Shown here: positions 48,193 through 58,211 of the stretch, piece after piece | How positions within the stretch are numbered: position 1 is the stretch's first letter | Layout: every line of letters begins with the position of its first letter | Source of the DNA: Pseudomonas phage sp. 30-2 | DNA: 64,000 nucleotides | Sequence record: LC727697.1 | Strand: one strand, 5' to 3' | Translations under genes and position numbers: made by a program | The notes under the pieces: generated by a model | What the model was told of the DNA's origin: nothing | Database searches by the model: none | What the model saw: the letters and a program-made list of their open reading frames with translations, nothing else

Positions 48193-48747
48193 TTAATACC
48201 AATTTTTCCTGGTTACTACAGCGTATTCTTCTAATTCCTTACGAATTTCGGAATCATTAACTATATTTCCATTTTCATCCACTACGTTATTAATAAATTT
48301 TTTGTCTATTAAGTTTATATTTAATAGTTGAAATTGTTGTTGATTAGAATTACCACAAAATGTGTGTATACCTATTACATTTTCAAGTATAGCCCAAGCA
48401 GATGGCCAACCTTTATATCTACCAATACATAGCACTTCGCCGTGAGCAGGGCGACCAGTTGCAGACTTAATAGAAAAAAGTAAATGTTTTGTTTTAGTAA
48501 TTTTCATTGCATTTAACAATAATTTTGTATTTTTTTTCCTATAAAAATTAATTATCCGTTCGACGTATTCTAATTCTTCAGAATACGTTGTTTCTAATAA
48601 CAGATCGGATTCTATTTTTGATTTGTTTATTTCATTTACACATCTGTTATACGAATCAGATACTAACTTAACTATATCGTCAAATTCTATCTGTTGAGAA
48701 TTATTTTTTATATTTTTTACACCAGTTTTTATTAAATGAGATCCCAT
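48193..48747 (-). CDS. hypothetical protein (184 aa)
   Basis: Complete ORF. Confidence 0.35.
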   Translation of the reverse strand: MGSHLIKTGVKNIKNNSQQIEFDDIVKLVSDSYNRCVNEINKSKIESDLLLETTYSEELEYVERIINFYRKKNTKLLLNAMKITKTKHLLFSIKSATGRPAHGEVLCIGRYKGWPSAWAILENVIGIHTFCGNSNQQQFQLLNINLIDKKFINNVVDENGNIVNDSEIRKELEEYAVVTRKNWY

Positions 48748-49017
48748 TTAATTTTCCTCAGTAAACAATTTAGCTTTAATGCACTCTAATGGATATACAT
48801 GATGATTACATACACCTATATCTGTATTTTGTACAAATGAAAACACAGTTATACATGCAACAGGATAAATTATATCTTTCATATTTAGAGAAACATTAGA
48901 AGATTTATCAAATATAAAATGTTTAGATATTTTTACAGGAAAATTAGTATCAGACGCCTTTAATAATCTCTTGAATTCTTGTTCAGAATTTATAAGGTTT
49001 ATTATTTCGTTATACAT
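48748..49017 (-). CDS. hypothetical protein (89 aa)
   Basis: Complete ORF. Confidence 0.3.
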   Translation of the reverse strand: MYNEIINLINSEQEFKRLLKASDTNFPVKISKHFIFDKSSNVSLNMKDIIYPVACITVFSFVQNTDIGVCNHHVYPLECIKAKLFTEEN

Positions 49018-49255
49018 TGTTTTCTTTTATTGCCTTTAAATATCCACGAACAGTAATAATCAAAAAGAATATCTCCAGAATTACAGATCCTAAATTAAAA
49101 TTAACAATCAAACTAGCTAACAAAAATAACGCGCCGATTCCATTAATTAAATAATATTTTTTAGTTTTATTTGTCCATTTACCTTCTGCTATCATCCAAT
49201 AACAGAATAATACACATACTGTACCTACAACCCCTAAAATATGAAAAAATATCAT
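49010..49255 (-). CDS. small membrane protein (81 aa, two TM segments)
   Basis: Hydrophobic stretches VCVLFCYWMIA and ALFLLASLIVNF. Confidence 0.35.
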   Translation of the reverse strand: MIFFHILGVVGTVCVLFCYWMIAEGKWTNKTKKYYLINGIGALFLLASLIVNFNLGSVILEIFFLIITVRGYLKAIKENNV

Positions 49256-49722
49256 TTTTTAACATATTCCTTAACAATTATATCAGATGTTATATTATAT
49301 TCGTTAAAAACATTCCAGTTATTTAGATCTATTGGAAAATAAGTATCTGCAGACGATATATACTTATCCGGTATATGTGTTATTACAAGTTTAGTTGCTA
49401 TACCTTCAAATTGTTTATAGATGCTGGCGCCGCCGATCACTGCAATTCCTTTGTCTTTTATCATTGCTGTATCTAACGCATCTTTAACCGATCTTACGTT
49501 GCATACGCCTGTGTAAATTTCATTAGTAGACATCACAATGTTAGTACGACCAGACAGAGGTATTTTATTTAAACTCTCGAACGTCGTCTTACCCATTATA
49601 ACACATTTCCCTATTGTGTGTTTTTTAAAATGAGCCATATCCTCCGATATGTAATTCCATGGCAATCGTCCATTGAGTCCTATTTCTAATTTAGGTCCAA
49701 TTGCTGCTATTATTTCTATCAT
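49252..49722 (-). CDS. frd: dihydrofolate reductase
   Basis: IAAIGPKLEIGLNGRLPW...MGKTTFESL...RTNIVMS are classical DHFR motifs. 156 aa. Confidence 0.8.
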   Translation of the reverse strand: MIEIIAAIGPKLEIGLNGRLPWNYISEDMAHFKKHTIGKCVIMGKTTFESLNKIPLSGRTNIVMSTNEIYTGVCNVRSVKDALDTAMIKDKGIAVIGGASIYKQFEGIATKLVITHIPDKYISSADTYFPIDLNNWNVFNEYNITSDIIVKEYVKK

Positions 49723-49961
49723 TATCCTACAACTTTATTAATTTGATATTTGTTTCTTATATTTGCAACAAAATACGCCCCTGCAGAAGGAGCTATATTC
49801 CATTCAAGCCACACGTCATCTGGAACTCGTTTTATAAGATATGTATATCCAGACTTTGTCTGCAATATAACATCATTGTCTTTTCTTTCTACAAATTCTA
49901 TCCAACTAGATTCTGCCATTTCTAAAATTTTCACACTAAACTCCCTGCATACACGTATCAA
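49722..49961 (-). CDS. hypothetical protein (79 aa)
   Basis: Complete ORF. Confidence 0.3.
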   Translation of the reverse strand: MIRVCREFSVKILEMAESSWIEFVERKDNDVILQTKSGYTYLIKRVPDDVWLEWNIAPSAGAYFVANIRNKYQINKVVG

Positions 49962-50367
49962 TTATTTCTTTTGCCATTCTACCTTCATATTTTCCTGAAT
50001 GATTTTGTCGTAAATACTGCATAACAGACGAAATAGTAAAATCAGGATTATTATTTATATATTTAGATATAATCTCAGTTAATTTATCTTTTGTATATTG
50101 TTCGGGTAGATAAGAAACTAAGATAGCTAATTCTTCTTGTAATACGCAAAGAATATCTTTGCTAGCATTTTCTTGTGCTATTTTGTTATTCTTGATAAAC
50201 GAATTAATTACACTTATTACTTCGTTATCTGTAGATTCTCTCTTTCCGTCATTTATGCCGGGTTGAGATGCTTCTGAAAGTAGTGTAGTAAGGAGAGATG
50301 TAGCTATTTTATTTTTACATTTACGAGCAGAAAGTTGATCTGCTTTTATTTGCGAAATAAGTGTCAT
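49936..50367 (-). CDS. GatB/YqeY-domain protein
   Basis: LSARKCKNKIATSLLTTL...EELAILVSYLPEQYTKDKLTEII...MQYLRQNHSGKYEGRMAKEII parallels YqeY MKAKDKVRLSTIRML...AELAVLEEYLPQQLSEEE...MGALMPKLKGRADGKLVNQIV. Confidence 0.5.
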   Translation of the reverse strand: MTLISQIKADQLSARKCKNKIATSLLTTLLSEASQPGINDGKRESTDNEVISVINSFIKNNKIAQENASKDILCVLQEELAILVSYLPEQYTKDKLTEIISKYINNNPDFTISSVMQYLRQNHSGKYEGRMAKEIIDTCMQGV

Positions 50368-50487
50368 ATATACTCCAACGGTTTATGTTATAAAAACAGT
50401 ATATAGCATAATGCTACTATTGCAAAGCTGCCGTTATACATATAGTTGACATATATGTTAACACGTTTTATTTTATAAAGGATTAGT

Positions 50488-51003
50488 ATGGATAATAATA
50501 TTAGAAAAAAATTAATTGCAATGGGATTATCCGGTGCAATTGCACTAGGAGGAGCACTATTGGCTCCGTTTGAAGGTAAAGTAAACAAGGTATATGTAGA
50601 TCCAGTAGGAATTTTAACATCTTGCTACGGTCACACTGGACCTGAGCTAAAAAAAGGACAACAATTTACAGACAGCCAATGTTTGGATCAATTAGCAAAA
50701 GATCTTTTAGAACATAATAAAATCTTAACAAATGTAGTAAAGGTAGAATTAACGCCATACGAACATGCTGCGTTTCTTTCGTTCTTATATAACGTAGGAC
50801 CAGGGAAAAAAGGGGTTAAAGACGGATTTGTCACATTAAAAAATGGAAATCAATCCACAATGCTTAGAAAATTAAATGCAGGCGATAAAGTAGGAGCATG
50901 CAACGAATTGCTAAAATGGACTAAAGCAGGAGGAGTTGTTTTAAAAGGATTAGTAAAACGAAGAACTGAAGAGAGGAATGTATGTTTAGGAAACTTAAAT
51001 TAA
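50488..51003 (+). CDS. endolysin, GH24 lysozyme with N-terminal signal-anchor-release (SAR) domain
   Basis: Gly/Ala-rich weakly hydrophobic N-terminal TM (LIAMGLSGAIALGGALLAPF) followed by the catalytic E...D...T arrangement (FEGKVNKVYVDPVGILTSCYGHTG). Confidence 0.75.
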   Translation: MDNNIRKKLIAMGLSGAIALGGALLAPFEGKVNKVYVDPVGILTSCYGHTGPELKKGQQFTDSQCLDQLAKDLLEHNKILTNVVKVELTPYEHAAFLSFLYNVGPGKKGVKDGFVTLKNGNQSTMLRKLNAGDKVGACNELLKWTKAGGVVLKGLVKRRTEERNVCLGNLN

Positions 51004-51245
51004 CAGATAATTGGACTAAAATATATAAAAGATATTCTTATATTTTCCATGTAGTGAATTTATTAATGGCTATTGCACAATACGGTGTTCCAGCAATTAT
51101 TGGATTTAGTTCTTTGATAGAAACTCACGTATTTATAGGATTAGTATGTTTGTTTAGTATACTAGGTATTGCAGGAAGTTATATAAAACAGAATATAAAA
51201 GATAAAATAAACCCATGCGACTCGGACAATAAAAAAGCAGCTTAA
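50982..51245 (+). CDS. small two-TM membrane protein (possible holin/pinholin)
   Basis: Two TM helices. Overlaps the endolysin 3' end. Unusually placed downstream of the endolysin. Confidence 0.35.
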   Translation: MFRKLKLTDNWTKIYKRYSYIFHVVNLLMAIAQYGVPAIIGFSSLIETHVFIGLVCLFSILGIAGSYIKQNIKDKINPCDSDNKKAA

Positions 51246-51258
51246 GGCTGCTTTTTTG
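51232..51258. terminator. bidirectional terminator hairpin
   Basis: AAAAGCAGC-TTAAG-GCTGCTTTTTT with the stop codon in the loop. Lies between convergent genes. Confidence 0.6.
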
Positions 51259-51571
51259 TTTCTAAGTCATTCGCAGTAGGATATAGTTTTTTAACTTCAG
51301 ATTTCCAAAGTTCTATATCTTTCATATTTTTATTACAAGAATTTTTAATTATAGATTTTAGTTTTTTAACCGAACCTACCGCTTCGCCATACGTATCGGG
51401 ATTTTCATTTTCGTAACAATATACTATAAGAGAATCTGGCGGAAGAACAGGAACTATTTCCTTTTCTATCACTACAGATTTAACTGGTTTAGTTTGCGAG
51501 CATCCAGTTGCGTAAAGCAGGATCAATCCTGACAGTAGAGCATAACACACTTTGATCATTTGGTGCCTCAT
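51242..51571 (-). CDS. o-spanin (outer-membrane lipoprotein, Rz1-like)
   Basis: Lipobox LLYATGCS. Pro-rich mature segment. Start overlaps the i-spanin 3' end in a different frame. Confidence 0.6.
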   Translation of the reverse strand: MRHQMIKVCYALLSGLILLYATGCSQTKPVKSVVIEKEIVPVLPPDSLIVYCYENENPDTYGEAVGSVKKLKSIIKNSCNKNMKDIELWKSEVKKLYPTANDLETKKQP

Positions 51572-51908
51572 TCTTTCTACGTTCTATTAATTCATTTAAC
51601 TGAGATTTAGTATCTTGTAATTGTTTTTCTAAAGCAGCATGTGATTCTGCTTTTTGTTTGGCTATAGATTCTTCATATAATCTAAGTTGAATATATGTTT
51701 CAATCTTTTTATTTTGTTCAGAAATAGTTAACTGCAATGAATTATTATCATTAGTTAACGTTTCTATAGATTGTTCAAGAGATTTATTTACACTAATAAG
51801 CTTTTGATATTTTTGATATGAGAGCGTTATTGCTAACGATATTATACCTATGCAAACTACATAAGCAAATACTCTCGAAGTTAAAATAGTTTCTATCATT
51901 ATTATCAC
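51489..51908 (-). CDS. i-spanin (Rz-like; N-terminal TM + coiled coil)
   Basis: TM VFAYVVCIGIISLAITLSY followed by a long coiled-coil region. Overlapped architecture with the o-spanin. Confidence 0.6.
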   Translation of the reverse strand: MIIMIETILTSRVFAYVVCIGIISLAITLSYQKYQKLISVNKSLEQSIETLTNDNNSLQLTISEQNKKIETYIQLRLYEESIAKQKAESHAALEKQLQDTKSQLNELIERRKNEAPNDQSVLCSTVRIDPALRNWMLAN

Positions 51909-52687
51909 CGTAGTAAATGATAATAATATTTACTATTTAATTATCATTATTATAGCGGTTGGTAATTTTACCAAACGGCTTATAATCAGTATTATTTTTT
52001 TTAGGTTCAGATTTCTTATTATTTAACCTGTCACCGGTTTCTTCATCTCTATAATCTTCTCTATCTTCGTATGTATCTAACGATTTTTTATTAAATTTAG
52101 TCATCAGTTAATTCCTTAATTTGCATATTTTATTGTTAACTAAACAAGTTAAACATACATGTTTATGTAGGGCTAATTATATAGCATATATAATACATTA
52201 ATTAAACCCAAGGTTTTAACGCAATTACTTTTAGAAACAGTTTTAGAAAAGAACCTCGTCTTTAATCACATTTATTTCTTTTACACAATAACTCTATAAT
52301 AAAAATGCACTGGGCACCACCCCCGGCCATCAACAAAACTTAAAGATATCAGCAGTTGCAAACTAAAAATGCTGACGGCGGCGTATGTCTAAAATATGAT
52401 ATCGTTATTTCGAACATACACATCCACTACTATCCGTGCCAGATAGCCTTACCTCGGCGTAAGGGACCTATTTCAGATCATACTAGATCAATGTCGGCAC
52501 TACGATTGCCCATCGCTGTATGCGACTCACCATACAGTGCTTGGTATATATGCAAATGTATTGCATACACTACAAATTATATTACACCCAGTTAAATTAA
52601 ACAACTATATTTTATGTTTTATAAAAGAAAATAAATATAATTTCATAAATTTACCTAAAATTACTATGATAAATATCATAAAGAATA

Positions 52688-55063
52688 TTGAGCATTGTCA
52701 TGGGTTACGAATTACGTTTATCAAATAATTATTACCAAAATAGAGAACTAACTTCTTTTCCTAGTTACCAAGAAGTTGTTTCCGATTGGTCAAAAGCTAC
52801 ATCAGTTAACTTGTATGATGCATGGGAAGGAAAAGCAATAGGCGGCGTCACTGCAGGATGGTCAGCTACTTCTATTCTTTCCTACACAAGAACTCCTGAT
52901 CCTATATCAACCAATGCAGCATCGTTATATAGCTATGCGCTATACATGGATCAAGTTAGTGATTTTAATATTACAATAAAAATATCTAGTAGTTCTATAA
53001 GAAATAACAGGTTAGGTTTGTGTGTTGCTGGACAAAAAGGAAAATATATATCTGCTGTCCGGTCATTAGGTAACACATCTAGTAGCGGATCTGGAAGGAA
53101 TTGGGAACTAATTTTAGATAACAATAAAACTAGAACGATTCTTTCTAGTAAAACAATAGGAATTAATAGTCCTGCTGGGGCTACTTCTACATCATCTACA
53201 GGGTATCTCGGTTGGTCAAATAGATATACAATTATTAATGTAATTAGAGAAAATAATAAAATAACAGCTAAGTGTTCCGACTGGAATTCTAACGTAATAT
53301 TAGATAACTCGGCGTTTACTATAGATCTAAACGATGATACACTAACTGATTTTAAAACATCTGCATTATTTGGATTTGTATCAGGTAATCAGGATTTATG
53401 TACTTTCGAGGTATTATCTTTTTCTGCAAAGTGCTATAACAAGATTCCAGGATTAAATGTACCCGATAACTATATTTCTTCTAACTTACTTTCTATATCT
53501 ATGCCAGGATATAATTCGGCAGGTTACGAAAAAGCATTTAGTGAATCCATGATATGGATGGTAGAAAACTTTGCTAGTTCTTCTCCTCCCCAAAATGCTA
53601 TAAAAGGACAACTATGGTATAAAACAGAAGGACCCGGTACACAAGGATCATTTTATGTATATGTAGGAGAACCTGGCGAATTTACAAATCTAGCAAAATG
53701 GCATCCATTAACTCAGGGCACATTAGATTTACTTAGTGCTCACATTAATGATAAAAACGACCCTCATCGAGTTACAAAAGAACAGATAGGGCTAGGGTTA
53801 GTAGATAACGTAAATACATTCGATAAAACACTGAACCTAGCAGATGTTTTAAATAAGGCAGCCGCTAGAAATAATTTATCTATATATGGTAAAAACGAAA
53901 CATACAATTCCCAAGAATATAATAATCTATTTGTAGATAAATCAAATAGTTCTTCTCCAGATTCAGAATTACTAGGCGGGTTAGATAGCACAGCTTACGT
54001 TAAAAAACAAACACCGTTTGTTACTTCGTCTATAACTTCATCTGTTACATCAGGAGATGTAATAGTAATGAATGATAATAGTTTCAGATTAGCATATAAA
54101 CCTAATTATGGAACTAGTCTAATACTAGGCGGTACTGTTACAGATATTCATTCTCAAAATAATACTACTGCTGTTAGTATGAATATGGTTACTAACAATA
54201 CATTAGATAACGGAATACAGTTTGTCTTCTATGATGCTGGTGCAATAAATACACCATTAGTAGCAAATAGTATCATATCATTTAAAGCAGACAATCTATA
54301 TATAGGTTCTGGTAATTTAGCATTCCACGACAGACGGCCACCGACCGCTGCCGAAGTAGGAGCATTGGCGTGGAACGGTACTGCCGTAGATTCATATTTA
54401 CTTAACGGTAAAATAAATTCAACTAGTCCGGGTGCCAACACAATAGCAGTAAGATATACGCCTTCTAATCTTCCTGATGCAAACGGCGGGTATCTATCTG
54501 CATCTTCATTTAGTATGACATACACTAATGCAGACCCTATGTCAGTGAATGCCCAAGTAACATTTAGAAACAATAATACTAATGACAATTATGTTCGTTT
54601 TGCTAGCAGGGACCAATTAGTAACTTATTTAGGATATGACTGGAAAGTAGAAATAGATATGCCAAAAGGTCTAGCATCATTCTCAGACACAAATCTTACT
54701 GGCGGCTCCTTCTTTGTAATAAACACTTTAAACTTATCTATAACAAAATTAGGAACAGGATTATATAGATTCTATTTTACTACTTTGCGTCCAACAAATA
54801 CAAATTATGCTGTTATGACACAATGTATGTCAGAGGGGCATGTAGGTGCCATAGAGGGAGATGTTGTTAACTATTCTAAAGCATTTAGAGCAGTGTCTAT
54901 ATATTGCTATAACAAAACATTATCATACTTTGACGTTGCTAGTACATTAAACAGTAACTTTAATAACAACGACGGAACCGGTTATCAAGATTATTCGAGG
55001 GAATATGACGATCCGGGATTAGCATCATTACAAGTATATTTTTCATCCTGGGTAAATCTATAA
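52688..55063 (+). CDS. tail fibre protein, paralog 1 (791 aa)
   Basis: Conserved fibre motifs GQLWYKTEG and NDPHRVTKEQIGLGLVDNVNTFDKTLNLADVLN are shared with the next two genes. Ser/Thr/Asn-rich. Confidence 0.7.
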   Translation: MSIVMGYELRLSNNYYQNRELTSFPSYQEVVSDWSKATSVNLYDAWEGKAIGGVTAGWSATSILSYTRTPDPISTNAASLYSYALYMDQVSDFNITIKISSSSIRNNRLGLCVAGQKGKYISAVRSLGNTSSSGSGRNWELILDNNKTRTILSSKTIGINSPAGATSTSSTGYLGWSNRYTIINVIRENNKITAKCSDWNSNVILDNSAFTIDLNDDTLTDFKTSALFGFVSGNQDLCTFEVLSFSAKCYNKIPGLNVPDNYISSNLLSISMPGYNSAGYEKAFSESMIWMVENFASSSPPQNAIKGQLWYKTEGPGTQGSFYVYVGEPGEFTNLAKWHPLTQGTLDLLSAHINDKNDPHRVTKEQIGLGLVDNVNTFDKTLNLADVLNKAAARNNLSIYGKNETYNSQEYNNLFVDKSNSSSPDSELLGGLDSTAYVKKQTPFVTSSITSSVTSGDVIVMNDNSFRLAYKPNYGTSLILGGTVTDIHSQNNTTAVSMNMVTNNTLDNGIQFVFYDAGAINTPLVANSIISFKADNLYIGSGNLAFHDRRPPTAAEVGALAWNGTAVDSYLLNGKINSTSPGANTIAVRYTPSNLPDANGGYLSASSFSMTYTNADPMSVNAQVTFRNNNTNDNYVRFASRDQLVTYLGYDWKVEIDMPKGLASFSDTNLTGGSFFVINTLNLSITKLGTGLYRFYFTTLRPTNTNYAVMTQCMSEGHVGAIEGDVVNYSKAFRAVSIYCYNKTLSYFDVASTLNSNFNNNDGTGYQDYSREYDDPGLASLQVYFSSWVNL

Positions 55064-56661
55064 TGCCTTACACTATTAAACGTTATTCATCTGTCAACGG
55101 CGGCTCTTCTAAACCAAATAAAACCGTTAACGATATACAAATAGACAATACGTACTCTTCTATTGGACTAATAGGATCGTATAATGAATCTTACAAAAGT
55201 CAGTTCTTCCAGAATATGCTATGGAAGATGGAAAATTTTAGTCACACTATTGCTCCGTTAAATCCGATAGAAGGTCAATTATGGTTTAATCCAGATGAAA
55301 AAAGTGTTAAAGTTTACATAAGTAATGATAAACCTACGTCTGTTTCTTCCGATTGGAAAAATCTAGGATCTACTATTTTAAATGAACTAACAGATCACGA
55401 ATCAAGAACAGGCATTAACGATCCCCACGAGACAACAAAAGAACAAGTGGGATTGGGAAATGTTCCTAATGTTTACACATTCAATAAAACATTAAATCTT
55501 GCAGATGTATTAGATGCATCTATATGCAGATCTAATTTAGAAGTATACGGGACTTCAGAAACTTACAATAAAACTACTGTAAACAATCTTTTTATGACAA
55601 AAGGTGGTACAGTAAATAATACTGACAGATTAGATGGCTTAACTAGTGCTGATTTTGTCCTTGTAGACAACCCTGTTGTTTATAGAACATTTGATACAAC
55701 CAGTATAATAACTAATACTGCGTTAACGTATAATAACTCTAAAGGTTCTATAGTAGTTAACACAGGTGCAGGAAATATAGAGTTGCTGTCCGGAATAAGA
55801 TCAGACGGAAGAATTGCATCTGCAAACGATACTGGTGCTATGTTATCGTTTATTAACGATAATAGTGATCCTATGGTTACCATGGTTGTATTTAATCGTG
55901 CTACTGCAAACAATCAAACAGCACAACCAGTAAGATCATATAGATTTACAAAAACTAATTTAATAATAGACTACGATACTAATCCTAGTGAAATGTATCA
56001 TACAGGGAGAATACCGTCTAACGCTGCTGTTGGTTCACTTCCACTAAACGGAAAGGCTGTCAATACATTATTATTAAATGGCATGTATCAATCTAGCAGT
56101 CCAAATGACAATGCAGTTGCATTAAGAGATGGTGCAGGAGATGTACATGTTAGACACATTCAAGTTTCTAATCCAGACGAAAATATAGAAACAGGAAATT
56201 TAATTCTATTTAGAAATTCAAATACAAGCGATAACTATGTTAGACGAGCAAATGTCTCTTCATTCCAGTCATGGTTTAGGGCTAACGAACCGAAAGGTGT
56301 AGTTAAAGCTTGGATACAATTTAACGGAATAACAGGTTCTACTTATAAGTCACACAACTGTACACTAACTAAACTAGGTACAGGGAAATATAGAATATAT
56401 TACAATTCATTTTCTACGCCTGCTGCGGGTTCTGTTGTTCCGTTTGTAGGAGTTACTAGTGACGGTCAAATATCTACCGGTATGGCTGCTGGCACTGGGA
56501 GACTTAGCTACAATTCATCATTGGTATATTTAAGAAGCACTACTTATACAGATTTAGAATTCTTCAGAACATACAATATTAATTATAATAACTATTCTTT
56601 AGATTCGTTTACTAATGTATACGCAGATGCTAACAACATAACATTTACATGGTTCTTCTAA
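55063..56661 (+). CDS. tail fibre protein, paralog 2 (532 aa)
   Basis: GQLWFNPDE and NDPHETTKEQVGLGNVPNVYTFNKTLNLADVLD. ATGA-coupled to paralog 1. Confidence 0.7.
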   Translation: MPYTIKRYSSVNGGSSKPNKTVNDIQIDNTYSSIGLIGSYNESYKSQFFQNMLWKMENFSHTIAPLNPIEGQLWFNPDEKSVKVYISNDKPTSVSSDWKNLGSTILNELTDHESRTGINDPHETTKEQVGLGNVPNVYTFNKTLNLADVLDASICRSNLEVYGTSETYNKTTVNNLFMTKGGTVNNTDRLDGLTSADFVLVDNPVVYRTFDTTSIITNTALTYNNSKGSIVVNTGAGNIELLSGIRSDGRIASANDTGAMLSFINDNSDPMVTMVVFNRATANNQTAQPVRSYRFTKTNLIIDYDTNPSEMYHTGRIPSNAAVGSLPLNGKAVNTLLLNGMYQSSSPNDNAVALRDGAGDVHVRHIQVSNPDENIETGNLILFRNSNTSDNYVRRANVSSFQSWFRANEPKGVVKAWIQFNGITGSTYKSHNCTLTKLGTGKYRIYYNSFSTPAAGSVVPFVGVTSDGQISTGMAAGTGRLSYNSSLVYLRSTTYTDLEFFRTYNINYNNYSLDSFTNVYADANNITFTWFF

Positions 56662-56662
56662 T

Positions 56663-58198
56663 ATGAATTACAGAGTAAAACATTATCGATATAGATTAAT
56701 CGACGGCGGTTATTTAGTCAGAGATTTAAAAAAAAATACAGAAACTTCATTAGTATTTACAGGAACTTATGTAAAATCATATGTACAAGATGTTGGTGAG
56801 AATTTAATTAATATATTAAATAATTTCTCATATCATCTTCCACCGGTATCTGCCGTAACAGGGCAGTTATGGTGGAAAGAAAATACAAGGCAAATGTACA
56901 TATTCCCTGGACCAAATGGATTAGATAGTACAAATATAAATAACTGGGTTCCTATTACTAAATTCGAAGAAGATGCAGTATGGGCTCATATTACTAACTA
57001 TAATAACCCTCACTTAGTAGACAAATATTCAGTAAAACTAGATAAATTAGAAAATTACCCTATATTCGATAAATCTAAAAATTTTGCAGACGTATTAAAC
57101 GCAAGTTCTGCTAGAACAAATTTAGGTGTTTTCGGTAAGGATGTTACTTACACTAAAGCAGAAGCAGATGCTTTATTTCTAAAGAAAACAGATAAAGCAG
57201 CAAACTCGAATAATTTAAACGGAATACCTGCTGCAAAATTTATGAAGGTTGCTGCTCCTGTGGCAAATGCAGCCATCAATGTAACACCTTCTGACGGATT
57301 AATGTCGTTTAGATCAGGAAAATCATACTTAGAATCCAGGGGTATTTCTAACGGTCTATCTATTAATAATACAATAGCTACTAACAATTCATCAGCTACT
57401 ATATTAGAATTAAATAATACTACTCTTAGTACATCATCTGTTTTTATTAAACTGTATAATAGAGGCTCACTTAATACAGCTCCTGTTCTAGCATTACAAT
57501 ATAGATTATCTCCAAATCAACTATACATCGGAAATAATCAAGTATTTCATTTGGGATATAGACCGACGCCTGCACAAATAGGGGCTCTTCCTGTTAACGG
57601 TAAAGCATCAGATTCTGCTGCATTAGACGGTAGAATAAACTCTACACTTGCTACTCCGGGCACTGTAGTAGAGCGAGATTCCTCAGGTGCCATCACTGGT
57701 AGATTGTTAAGATCTACGGGCAACAATACTAGTGATCAATTTACTAGAAATAGCAAAATAGGTTTTGTAAGAAGTAATTCAAACAATACTATGAGATTTA
57801 CTCCGGCGCAAGCATTAAATGAATGGGCCGGATATAACACATTAATAAAAAAATCAAAAGGATGGATATCTTGGTCCGGTCCTACTGGCAGTAGACTAGA
57901 TTCCTGGAATTTAACAGTTAGTAAATTAGCATCGGGTCGATATAGAGTATATCTATCTGTGCCTGCGCCAGATACAAATTATGTAGTTGTATTAGGAAAC
58001 GCTGATGCAATGGTATGGAATAATCAACTAAATATAACTGAACAATGGGTAACAACAAAAACTACCACATATTTTGATGTTAACTGTAAAATAACAAAAG
58101 CAGATCACATAATAAATTACAATCCATCGGGTTGGACTAACAGATTCGGCGAAGATTATTTCGATGCACCGTTCTTCTCACTTGTAATATACTACTAA
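56663..58198 (+). CDS. tail fibre protein, paralog 3 (511 aa)
   Basis: GQLWWKENT and NNPHLVDKYSVKLDKLENYPIFDKSKNFADVLN. C-terminal region is divergent. Confidence 0.65.
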   Translation: MNYRVKHYRYRLIDGGYLVRDLKKNTETSLVFTGTYVKSYVQDVGENLINILNNFSYHLPPVSAVTGQLWWKENTRQMYIFPGPNGLDSTNINNWVPITKFEEDAVWAHITNYNNPHLVDKYSVKLDKLENYPIFDKSKNFADVLNASSARTNLGVFGKDVTYTKAEADALFLKKTDKAANSNNLNGIPAAKFMKVAAPVANAAINVTPSDGLMSFRSGKSYLESRGISNGLSINNTIATNNSSATILELNNTTLSTSSVFIKLYNRGSLNTAPVLALQYRLSPNQLYIGNNQVFHLGYRPTPAQIGALPVNGKASDSAALDGRINSTLATPGTVVERDSSGAITGRLLRSTGNNTSDQFTRNSKIGFVRSNSNNTMRFTPAQALNEWAGYNTLIKKSKGWISWSGPTGSRLDSWNLTVSKLASGRYRVYLSVPAPDTNYVVVLGNADAMVWNNQLNITEQWVTTKTTTYFDVNCKITKADHIINYNPSGWTNRFGEDYFDAPFFSLVIYY

Positions 58199-58211
58199 AG
58201 GATAGATACAC

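Noticed and set aside
52000-52690. T4-type late promoter (TATAAATA) upstream of the fibre operon and other late genes
   Set aside because: Only partial matches were seen (e.g. ATAAATAT near 52640, TATATAAAAATA near 40030, TATATAAATCC near 31835). In an AT-rich genome these are expected by chance, so no promoter calls were made.
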